From: Spirochaetia bacterium
Lineage (GTDB): Bacteria > Spirochaetota > Spirochaetia > CADAEX01
Direction of reading: 5' to 3'
NCBI GenBank assembly: GCA_045606105.1
Contig: JAZURI010000002.1
Coordinates: 32,001-96,000 of the forward strand
DNA: 64,000 nucleotides
This document shows positions 39,290-47,494 of this stretch, piece by piece; position 1 is the first letter of the stretch, and every line of letters starts with the position of its first letter. A model generated the notes under the pieces. It was not told where the DNA came from. It ran no database searches and saw only the letters and a list, made by a program, of their open reading frames with translations. A program made the translations under genes and the position numbers.

Positions 39290-40462
39290 ATGAGTCTGGC
39301 AACTTTTAAACATGTTAAAATTTCAGGAATAAGTGTTGTCGTTCCAGAAAAAGAAATCAATATTTATGATGAAGCACAGTATTATGGCGGAAGTGTTAAG
39401 AAAATAGACAGAATGAGAAAAATGGTAGGCTTCTGGAAAAGAAGGGTTGCCGATCTTGAAACGACCCCTGCTGATTTAGCATATGATGCCGCAATCAATC
39501 TCATTGATGACTTAAAAATAGATAAAAATACAATAGATGCTTTGGTATTTATTGTTCAACAACCGGATGTTTTAAATCCATCTACTGCATACTTTCTTCA
39601 CGATAAATTAGGACTTTCTCAGTCTTGTTTGGCAACTGATATCAATCAAGGCTGCGTAGGATGGGTCTTCGGTCTTTATATGGCAAGCCAGATGATTGAG
39701 TCCGGAGCTCATAAAAAAATCCTTTTATTGAATGGAGATACTCCTTCTGTGGGAATTGATCCTTCTAATAGGAATTCAGCACCTATTTTCGGTGATGGGG
39801 GATGTGCAACACTGCTTGAATATAGCGATAATGAAATAAAATCATATTATAATCTTGATGTTGTTTCATCAGGTTTTGAAGCTATTGTCGCACCTTTCAG
39901 TGGTACAAGATTTAGGATGGAATGGCAGAAGGAAGGGGAATTGGAATTATACCATAAATTATTTTTGGAAAAACTTACTATGCCTACAGGAGCAACTGTT
40001 CCATTAATGGGTGGATATATGGATGGAATATCTGTTTTTGATTTTACTATCAAATATGTACCCGATAATATTAAAAAATTATTAGCTTACGCAAATCTCA
40101 CCCCGGAAGATTCAGGTGCGCTTTGTCTTCATCAAGCAAACAAACAAATTATTCAGGCTGTAGGTACAGAAGCTGGATTTGAGCTTGAAAAAGTTCCTTA
40201 TACCGCATTTGAAATTTACGGTAACAGTACAATGTGTTCTATACCAACAACAATAGCCTGTCTTGATAAATCAATAAAAAAGGATAAACTCTGCTGTTGT
40301 GGTTATGGAAACGGTCTTATAGCCCTTGGTTCGATACTGAATCTTGAAAATACTTATATATCAGAAGTCAGGACATTCAAGAGACCTGATTATGTTATGA
40401 CCAGAGAAGAATATATTAATTACTGGAGAAATAAAATTACCGGTAATATAGAAAATAATTAA
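39290..40462 (+). CDS. Ketoacyl-ACP synthase III (FabH-like)
   Basis: Catalytic triad in DINQGC, LHQAN, YGNS; IFGDGG. Confidence 0.9.
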   Translation: MSLATFKHVKISGISVVVPEKEINIYDEAQYYGGSVKKIDRMRKMVGFWKRRVADLETTPADLAYDAAINLIDDLKIDKNTIDALVFIVQQPDVLNPSTAYFLHDKLGLSQSCLATDINQGCVGWVFGLYMASQMIESGAHKKILLLNGDTPSVGIDPSNRNSAPIFGDGGCATLLEYSDNEIKSYYNLDVVSSGFEAIVAPFSGTRFRMEWQKEGELELYHKLFLEKLTMPTGATVPLMGGYMDGISVFDFTIKYVPDNIKKLLAYANLTPEDSGALCLHQANKQIIQAVGTEAGFELEKVPYTAFEIYGNSTMCSIPTTIACLDKSIKKDKLCCCGYGNGLIALGSILNLENTYISEVRTFKRPDYVMTREEYINYWRNKITGNIENN

Positions 40463-40475
40463 AAGGGAGATAATT

Positions 40476-40706
40476 ATGACAAAAGAAGATTTTTTACTTG
40501 CATTGGAGGATATCCTTCAGACCGACGATCCTATTGAAATCGATCTTCAGCTTAAAGAACTCGAAGAATGGGATTCATTAGCCATGATGGCTGTTATAGC
40601 ATATTACAAGAAGACTTTTGGAATCAATATTGTACTTAAAGAGCTTAAGGAAATTAAAACACCGGCTGATCTCATTGCTTTGGCTGGAGATAAAATAAAT
40701 GATTAA
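40476..40706 (+). CDS. Acyl carrier protein
   Basis: 76 aa, acidic, EEWDSLA phosphopantetheine site. Confidence 0.9.
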   Translation: MTKEDFLLALEDILQTDDPIEIDLQLKELEEWDSLAMMAVIAYYKKTFGINIVLKELKEIKTPADLIALAGDKIND

Positions 40707-41445
40707 GTTTAATAAGGAACAGATTTATATTGTTACAGGTGCCTCTTCCGGATTAGGAGAAGGCACTGCTTTGCTTCTTAACGAGCTTGGAGCAACAGTA
40801 GTTGCAATAGCAAGAAATTCAGACCGGCTTGAGGCAATGAGGTCAAAATGTAAATATCCTGAAAACATGCATATTGAAATCAAAGATCTGGCAGATAATA
40901 TCGATGGATTACCAGCATATATCAAAGAATTAAAAAACAAATATGGTAAGTTTTCCGGTATGGCATATTGTGCCGGAATAACAAATATTCAACCTCTGAA
41001 AATTCTTGATATTAACGAAATGAAAAAACTATTTGATATTGATTATTTTGCACCGATTGCACTTGCAAAAGGTTTTGCAGACAAAAGAAATAATATTGGA
41101 CCAGGGGCCAGTGCTGTTTTTATTTCATCATTGGCTGCTACTGCTTGTAACAGAGCTATGACAGGTTATTCAGGTGCAAAATCTGCATTAATTGCATCTG
41201 TAAGATGTATAGCTAAAGAATATGCTTCACAAAAAATCAGATTTAATTGTGTTTCACCGTCAGATATTCAGACACCGATGCAGAATTGGTTAAAAGAAAT
41301 AAAAGGTGATGAACAAACATCATGTGTCTATCCTATGGGCATAGGGGAAGTATCAGATGTGGCCAATATGATTATTTATCTTCTTTCTGATAAATCAAAA
41401 TGGATCACAGCCCAAAATTATACAATAGACTGTGGAGTAATGTAA
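40699..41445 (+). CDS. SDR oxidoreductase (FabG-like)
   Basis: TGASSGLG, YSGAK, RFNCVSP. Confidence 0.9.
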   Translation: MIKFNKEQIYIVTGASSGLGEGTALLLNELGATVVAIARNSDRLEAMRSKCKYPENMHIEIKDLADNIDGLPAYIKELKNKYGKFSGMAYCAGITNIQPLKILDINEMKKLFDIDYFAPIALAKGFADKRNNIGPGASAVFISSLAATACNRAMTGYSGAKSALIASVRCIAKEYASQKIRFNCVSPSDIQTPMQNWLKEIKGDEQTSCVYPMGIGEVSDVANMIIYLLSDKSKWITAQNYTIDCGVM

Positions 41446-41446
41446 T

Positions 41447-42082
41447 ATGAAGAAAATATACATAGTAGGTGGAAATGGTTTCGCAAGAGAATGTTATCTT
41501 TATCTTCTCTGGACCTGCCAGGCTAACCCGGAAATTCAGTTTGCAGGATTTCTTGGGCATGGCGGTTACGGACATACTGTGGATTACAAGAATCTTCAGG
41601 AGTTTTATAAAGGTGAAGTTGCAGACCATATTTTTAACATTGATGAATATGTTGTAATAGGAGCTGGTTATCCTGAATTAAGACAAAAGATTTATAATGA
41701 ACTTAAAGCACGTAATGTCCAGTTCTTTAATTTAATTCCACCATATGTATATATTAATTCTACCATTAATCTTGGAGAAGGAAATGTTTTTGTAGCTCCT
41801 TTCACAGCTACTGTTAATATTAAAATAGGGAATGGCAATGTTTTCAATGGTGGTGTTGTAGTTGGACATGATGCTGTAATAGGAGACTGTAATTTCTTCG
41901 GCCCGAGAAGCCAAATTCTCGGAGGTGTTAAAATAGGTAACAATAACCAAGTCGGGGCAGGTAGTATTCTTCTTCCTAAAGCAAAAATAGGCAACAATAA
42001 TATAATTGCACCTTTGAGTGCAGTATATAAAGGTTGTAAAGACAACTGCCACATGTTGGGAAATCCGGCATTAAAAGTATAA
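41447..42082 (+). CDS. NeuD/PglD/VioB-family sugar N-acyltransferase
   Basis: IVGGNGFARE, IGAGYPELR, VGHD catalytic His, hexapeptide repeats, GNPA. Confidence 0.88.
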   Translation: MKKIYIVGGNGFARECYLYLLWTCQANPEIQFAGFLGHGGYGHTVDYKNLQEFYKGEVADHIFNIDEYVVIGAGYPELRQKIYNELKARNVQFFNLIPPYVYINSTINLGEGNVFVAPFTATVNIKIGNGNVFNGGVVVGHDAVIGDCNFFGPRSQILGGVKIGNNNQVGAGSILLPKAKIGNNNIIAPLSAVYKGCKDNCHMLGNPALKV

Positions 42083-42092
42083 TATATTAATT

Positions 42093-44534
42093 ATGAATAA
42101 TATTAATCTAGTTACAATAAATAAAAGCAATTGCGTAGGATGTAATGCATGTTTTAACATATGCCCGCAGAATTCCATAAAAATGCTGGAAGATGAAGAG
42201 GGTTTCTTTTATCCGGTTATAAATAAACAATCGTGTATAGATTGTGGACTCTGCTTAAAAGTATGTCCATCTTTACACAAATCTCAGGTTTATGTAGATA
42301 ATTCAGAAAATCCGGATTGTTATGCTGCTATGGGAAACAATGAATTAAGAGCAATAAGTTCATCCGGCGGTGCTTTCTCTGTTATTGCGGACAGAATTTT
42401 TAATATGGGTGGTGTTGTTTGCGGAGCAGCTTTTGTCGGACAGGATGTCAGACACATAATTATTGATAATCCTTCAGAACTTCACCGACTGCGAGGGTCA
42501 AAATATCTTCAGTCTGACACAAATATAATTTTCAGCCAGATTAAGAATATTTTAGATAAAGGAAGAATATTGTTATTTACCGGTACTCCATGTCAGGTTG
42601 CCGGACTTAATCTTTTTTTGGGAAAAAAATACGATAACTTGTTTACTGTTGACCTTCTCTGTCATGGGGTACCTTCACAGAAGGTCTTTGATAAATATCT
42701 GGAAGAGACCATTAAAGAGGGAGAGTTTGTTCATACTTCATTTCGTGATAAAATAGCTGGTTGGAATGTTTATGCTACTACTACTACTACTACTACCCAA
42801 TATCATGAAACTTCATCTGTATCGACCTACCTGCAGGCTTTTTTAAAAAATATGTGTCTAAGACCTAGTTGCGGTACTTGTAAATTCACTTCAACAAAGA
42901 GGGAAGCTGATATAACTATCGGAGATTTCTGGGCAATCGAGCGTTATAAGCCAAGTCTAAATGACAAGAAAGGGACTTCTGTCATTTTATTGAACAGCGA
43001 AAAAGGAAAAGCTCTGTATAACGAAATAAAGTCTGAATTTAAGATACAGGAAAAAGTTCCTATTGAATATGCCAAATGGTTTAACATTTCTTTATACACA
43101 ACACTTAGACAACATCCCAAAAGGCATGTTTTTTTTAAAATGCTGAATGAGGGAAAAACCCTTAAGGAAATCACTGATTATTTCAACAGCAAAAGTTTTG
43201 ATGTCGGAATTATCAATTTCTGGACCTTCAAGAATATGGGAGGAGTTATTCAGACATATGCATTGCAGACAGTTATCAATCAACTTGGATATACCACCTG
43301 CAATATTAATACATTATTCTCTATTGATATTAGAAATAAATATACGGGATCATTTGTTGACAAATTTGCAAGAAAGCATCTGTCCTACACTGAACCATAT
43401 TATTCTTTGCCAGCTTTAAATAAAATTAATGAATATTTTGATACATTTGTATTTGGTTCCGACTGTATTTGGGGAAATTGGTGGACTAAACAAGAAAACT
43501 GTTTAAGATTTTTTGGAAATTTTATAGATTCAAATAAAAAAATCATTTCATATGCTCCGTCGTTTGGTAGCAGTACCTTTAACAGGGCAAATAATATTAC
43601 AAACATTATAAGATATTATCTTAAAAAGTTTGATGCTGTCTCTGTAAGAGAAAAAAGCGGAGTAGACATATTAAAAAATACTTTCGGAATTGACGGTACT
43701 CTTGTTCTTGATCCGACATTGCTTCTTAATGCAGACAAATATGATGAATTGATCAGATTTTCCAAAATGAGTAACAAAAACTATATATTCAATTATTCAA
43801 TAGGCATTAAACAAGATGATATCGCTTATCAAGAAATGATTAAAAAAATTGAAAAAGAGGATATTTTTGCACTGACACAAGATAAACTCGATAATATAAA
43901 TGTTGAAGATTGGCTTTACCTGATAAAAAATGCAAAACTTCTTATTACCAATTCATATCATGCCTGCTGCTTTGCAATAAAATTCAATGTACCATTTTAT
44001 ATTTTTTCCCCTTACGAACTTGATACCACAAGATTTGATTCCTTGCTCAGAATCCTGAATCTGGAGGATAGGATTCTTCGTTCCAAGGAAATTGTGTATA
44101 ACATAAAGGATGTTTATGTTCCTATTGATTGGAATAATGTAAATTCAATTATTAAAAAAGAAGCTGAGCGTTCGATTTCATGGCTGAAAGAAGCTTTGGA
44201 AACACCTAAGGATGTTTCAAAAATCAATCCGGCAGATGATGTGATAAATTTTCTTAACAGCAGGATTTCAATTCTGGAAGAAGAAATAAATAGAAATAAT
44301 AATATTTTAAATGTAATTGATTACAAGAAAAATTATAATCGTTATATGTTATTTCGAATTCTGAAAAAACTTTCCCGTTCTCACGAGAAGAAGCAAAAGT
44401 ATAAAACAAAACAGCAATTTTATTATGCAAAATTAAAAATTACAAAGGAAATAAGAAAAAAAAACAAGCAGAAAAGTACTATCTTTATTGAGGATGTTAT
44501 TGCAATCTTAAAAAAAATATTAAAGAGAAAATAA
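42093..44534 (+). CDS. Fusion of 2x[4Fe-4S]/FrhB-like oxidoreductase and polysaccharide pyruvyltransferase-family domain
   Basis: CVGCNACFNICP, CIDCGLCLKVCP, SSSGGAF, GSKYLQS, GTPCQ, LCHGVPS, RPSCGTC; then NMGGVIQTYAL, GSDCIW, SYAPSFG, SVRE, VLDPTLL, TNSYHA. Confidence 0.88.
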   Translation: MNNINLVTINKSNCVGCNACFNICPQNSIKMLEDEEGFFYPVINKQSCIDCGLCLKVCPSLHKSQVYVDNSENPDCYAAMGNNELRAISSSGGAFSVIADRIFNMGGVVCGAAFVGQDVRHIIIDNPSELHRLRGSKYLQSDTNIIFSQIKNILDKGRILLFTGTPCQVAGLNLFLGKKYDNLFTVDLLCHGVPSQKVFDKYLEETIKEGEFVHTSFRDKIAGWNVYATTTTTTTQYHETSSVSTYLQAFLKNMCLRPSCGTCKFTSTKREADITIGDFWAIERYKPSLNDKKGTSVILLNSEKGKALYNEIKSEFKIQEKVPIEYAKWFNISLYTTLRQHPKRHVFFKMLNEGKTLKEITDYFNSKSFDVGIINFWTFKNMGGVIQTYALQTVINQLGYTTCNINTLFSIDIRNKYTGSFVDKFARKHLSYTEPYYSLPALNKINEYFDTFVFGSDCIWGNWWTKQENCLRFFGNFIDSNKKIISYAPSFGSSTFNRANNITNIIRYYLKKFDAVSVREKSGVDILKNTFGIDGTLVLDPTLLLNADKYDELIRFSKMSNKNYIFNYSIGIKQDDIAYQEMIKKIEKEDIFALTQDKLDNINVEDWLYLIKNAKLLITNSYHACCFAIKFNVPFYIFSPYELDTTRFDSLLRILNLEDRILRSKEIVYNIKDVYVPIDWNNVNSIIKKEAERSISWLKEALETPKDVSKINPADDVINFLNSRISILEEEINRNNNILNVIDYKKNYNRYMLFRILKKLSRSHEKKQKYKTKQQFYYAKLKITKEIRKKNKQKSTIFIEDVIAILKKILKRK
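42775..42796 (+). repeat. (CTA)7 trinucleotide microsatellite encoding poly-Thr
   Basis: ctactactactactactactac; the protein reads YATTTTTTTQ. Confidence 0.9.
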
Positions 44535-44548
44535 GCTCTGAATCAGGT
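44533..44548 (+). repeat. Right direct repeat of the glycan island
   Basis: AAGCTCTGAATCAGGT; contains the minus-strand mutL stop (44543-44545). Confidence 0.8.
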
Positions 44549-46231
44549 ACGTCCTATAAGCTCGTAAAGCTTCTCCTTTGTCAGTTCCACATAGAGAGGT
44601 CTTCCGTGGGGACATCTGGGCAGCGGCATTTTAAATACCTTTCCGATAAGCTCCATAGCCTTTTCATAATCTATACTGTCGCCTGCCTTGATTGATTTTT
44701 TGCAGGCAGCCCTTGCGTAAAGCTCTGTTTTGATATTTTCTATATTTCCTTTCTGGGAAATGATAAGCTCTAGTACATCATTCTTCAGTTCGAAAAAAGA
44801 TGTGGGCAATGCATCAACATAGAGGGAACCCCCTTCATCCTTCCTGATTGATATACCTATGGTGTCGTAAAGCGGAATGTTTTTTTCTATCATTTCCAGT
44901 ATTTCATTATCTGCTTCAAGATAAAAAGGGAGAAGGAGAGGCTGGATATTGTCCTTTTCTTCAAGGAAGTTGTTATAGAAAAAACGCTCCTGGCTTGCAT
45001 GCTGGTCGATTATATAGAGGGTTCCGTCCTTTTCACAAAGGAGAAAGCAACCGAAAATCTGACCCAGATATCTGAAATCAACCGGCTCTGTTCTGTGAAT
45101 CGGTACGGCAGGTCTCTCCCGGAGCAGGGATATTTCCTTTTCGGCCGGTTTTGAGAAGCTGTAATGAAATTCGGTTTTTTTTCTTTCATTCGTTTTTTCC
45201 GCTGCAATACTTTTAATCAGCTCCGGGGCCTTGTATTCAAATTTTTTTTCAGACGGGGCATCCATGCATTTTGCCAGAGCCTCCACCACCGCATGATGAA
45301 TTGAAGGAAGATTCTTTATCTTGACCTCCTTCTTGGCCGGATGAATGTTGAAATCCACCAGAGATGGTTCTATTTCAAGATACAGGAATGCGGCCGGATA
45401 TGTTCCTCCCGGAAAAAACGGTGCCAGCCCGTAACAGATGGCCTGAACAAGCGAAAATTCCTGTATGCACCGGCGGTTTACATAAATCTTTATATATTTC
45501 CTGTCCCGTCTTGAGTATTCAACTCCCGGAAAATAGATATCAAAGCTGAATCCTTCCCCTGAACCGGCTGTCTCATGGTAAAGCTTTTCAGGCACAAGGG
45601 CAGGATATGCAGCCGCAATACGCTCCCGCATTGAACCGGCAGGAAGAAACATGCTCAGTTTTCCGTCAACAACAAGCCTGAAGCTTATATCGGGAAAAGC
45701 GGCTGCCTTTTCAATAAAGACATTTCTGCAGCCTGCACCCTCAGAAACCGTACTTTTGAGGAATTTTTTTCTTGCAGGGAGGTAGCAGAACAGATCCCGT
45801 ACCGTAACCACAGTCCCCTTGTTTGATTTTCCGGCACCGAACCTTGTTATCTTTCCGCCGTCCACGGCAATTTCATTGCCCGATTCGCCGTCAGTTGAGG
45901 TAACTATTTCCAGGCGTCCCGAAGCAGCTATGCTGGAGAGGGCTTCCCCCCTGAAACCCATTGTCCTGATGCTGAACAGGTCTTCGGCAGTTTCAAGCTT
46001 GGAGGTGGCGTGGGGAAGAAAGCAGATTTCCAGGTCTTCACGGCTCATGCCGCATCCGTTGTCGGTAACCTTTATTTCCTTTATTCCTCCGTCACGGATA
46101 TAGACTGAAATTTCGGTACTTCCCGCATCTATGGAATTATCAAGAAGCTCCCTTACTACTGATGCTGTTCTGTCAATAACCTCACCGGCAGCTATTCTGG
46201 AAGCTGTAAGTTTATCGAGTATCTTTATCAT
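44543..46231 (-). CDS. mutL: DNA mismatch repair endonuclease MutL
   Basis: IAAGEVI, ELLDNSIDAG, HATSK, GFRGEAL, DFNIHPAK, DQHASQER, ACK, CPHGRP. Confidence 0.97.
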   Translation of the reverse strand: MIKILDKLTASRIAAGEVIDRTASVVRELLDNSIDAGSTEISVYIRDGGIKEIKVTDNGCGMSREDLEICFLPHATSKLETAEDLFSIRTMGFRGEALSSIAASGRLEIVTSTDGESGNEIAVDGGKITRFGAGKSNKGTVVTVRDLFCYLPARKKFLKSTVSEGAGCRNVFIEKAAAFPDISFRLVVDGKLSMFLPAGSMRERIAAAYPALVPEKLYHETAGSGEGFSFDIYFPGVEYSRRDRKYIKIYVNRRCIQEFSLVQAICYGLAPFFPGGTYPAAFLYLEIEPSLVDFNIHPAKKEVKIKNLPSIHHAVVEALAKCMDAPSEKKFEYKAPELIKSIAAEKTNERKKTEFHYSFSKPAEKEISLLRERPAVPIHRTEPVDFRYLGQIFGCFLLCEKDGTLYIIDQHASQERFFYNNFLEEKDNIQPLLLPFYLEADNEILEMIEKNIPLYDTIGISIRKDEGGSLYVDALPTSFFELKNDVLELIISQKGNIENIKTELYARAACKKSIKAGDSIDYEKAMELIGKVFKMPLPRCPHGRPLYVELTKEKLYELIGRT

Positions 46232-46237
46232 TGATTT

Positions 46238-46266
46238 ATTTTACACCATGATTTTTTAATTTACAA
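46238..46266 (-). promoter_or_regulatory. sigma70 promoter of mutL, apparently leaderless
   Basis: TTGTAA-17nt-TAAAAT-aaatca-ATG. Confidence 0.65.
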
Positions 46267-46282
46267 CAACCATTATTGGTAA

Positions 46283-46288
46283 TATAAT
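46283..46288 (+). promoter_or_regulatory. -10 box of hydF, apparently leaderless
   Basis: TATAAT-caagcc-ATG(46295); no SD. Confidence 0.55.
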
Positions 46289-46294
46289 CAAGCC

Positions 46295-47494
46295 ATGAAC
46301 AATACACCGACCTCTGAAAGGACACATATAGCAATATTCGGCAGAAGGAATGCCGGAAAATCAAGTATAATCAATGCAGTTACAGGGCAGGATCTTGCCG
46401 TTGTCTCAGATGTGAAGGGAACTACCACCGACCCTGTTTCAAAAGCCATGGAACTTCTTCCCCTGGGACCTGTGGTCATCATCGATACTCCGGGTCTGGA
46501 TGATGTGGGGGCACTGGGAGAGCTCAGGGTAAAAAAAGCATATCAGATCCTCAACAAGACAGACATTGCACTTCTTGTTATTGACGTTCAGGAGGGCTTT
46601 TCCGGCGAGGACGAAAAAATCCTTGAAAGAATCAAGTCCAAGAATATCCCTTACATTACAGTCATGAACAAGGTCGACCTTCTGGATGAAATTCCTGCAG
46701 ATTCAGATAAAACGATATGGGTCAGCTCCGTAAGCGGCTACAATATAAACAAGCTCAAGGAGCTTATGGCGGTTCAGATGAAGCAGGATGATTCCGGAAA
46801 GAAGATAGTTGGGGACCTTGTTTCAGCCGGTGATTCGGTTATCCTGGTGGTTCCCATCGACAAGGCTGCTCCCAAGGGGCGTCTCATACTTCCGCAGCAG
46901 CAGACAATCAGGGATCTTCTGGACCACGGTGTTTCTGCTGTTGTATGCAAGGAAAACAACCTGAAGGAGACTCTGGAAAATCTCAGGAAAAAGCCTGCCA
47001 TGGTAATTACCGACAGCCAGGTCTTCAATGTGGTTTCACCTATAGTACCGAAGGATATTCCGCTGACCTCCTTTTCCATCCTTTTTGCCCGTTACAAGGG
47101 TAATCTCAGTCTGGCGGTCAAAGGGGTGGCAGCCCTGAAAAACCTTAAGGACGGGGACAAGGTTCTTATTGCAGAGGGGTGTACCCATCACAGGCAGTGC
47201 AACGATATCGGTTCGGTGAAGATTCCGGCCTGGATCAGGCAGTGTACCGGGAAGGAGATAAAATTTGAATTTACCAGCGGTACCGAATTTCCCGATTCCC
47301 TTTCGGAATACAGTCTGATAGTACACTGCGGCGGATGCATGCTGAATGAACGGGAGGTGAAGTACAGATTAAGCTGTGCCCGGGATGAAGGAATCCCTGT
47401 AACAAATTACGGTATTCTCATTGCCTATGTTACAGGTATCCTGAAAAGAAGCGTGGAGATATTTCCCGATATTGCGGCTGAAATAGCCGATTAA
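46295..47494 (+). CDS. hydF: [FeFe]-hydrogenase H-cluster maturation GTPase HydF
   Basis: GRRNAGKSS, GTTTDPV, DTPG, NKVD, APKGRLILPQ, ITDSQ, CTH...HCGGC cluster motif. Confidence 0.96.
   Translation: MNNTPTSERTHIAIFGRRNAGKSSIINAVTGQDLAVVSDVKGTTTDPVSKAMELLPLGPVVIIDTPGLDDVGALGELRVKKAYQILNKTDIALLVIDVQEGFSGEDEKILERIKSKNIPYITVMNKVDLLDEIPADSDKTIWVSSVSGYNINKLKELMAVQMKQDDSGKKIVGDLVSAGDSVILVVPIDKAAPKGRLILPQQQTIRDLLDHGVSAVVCKENNLKETLENLRKKPAMVITDSQVFNVVSPIVPKDIPLTSFSILFARYKGNLSLAVKGVAALKNLKDGDKVLIAEGCTHHRQCNDIGSVKIPAWIRQCTGKEIKFEFTSGTEFPDSLSEYSLIVHCGGCMLNEREVKYRLSCARDEGIPVTNYGILIAYVTGILKRSVEIFPDIAAEIAD

Larger units (their letters stand above)
36193..44548. mobile_element. AT-rich genomic island for glycan synthesis/acylation, no integrase
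   Basis: Visibly AT-richer than flanks, eight co-oriented genes, bounded by a 16-bp direct repeat. Confidence 0.72.

Noticed and set aside
44456-44464. A9 tract as a phase-variation switch
   Set aside because: Near the 3' end of the gene in a Lys-rich, AT-rich tail; slippage would alter only the last residues.
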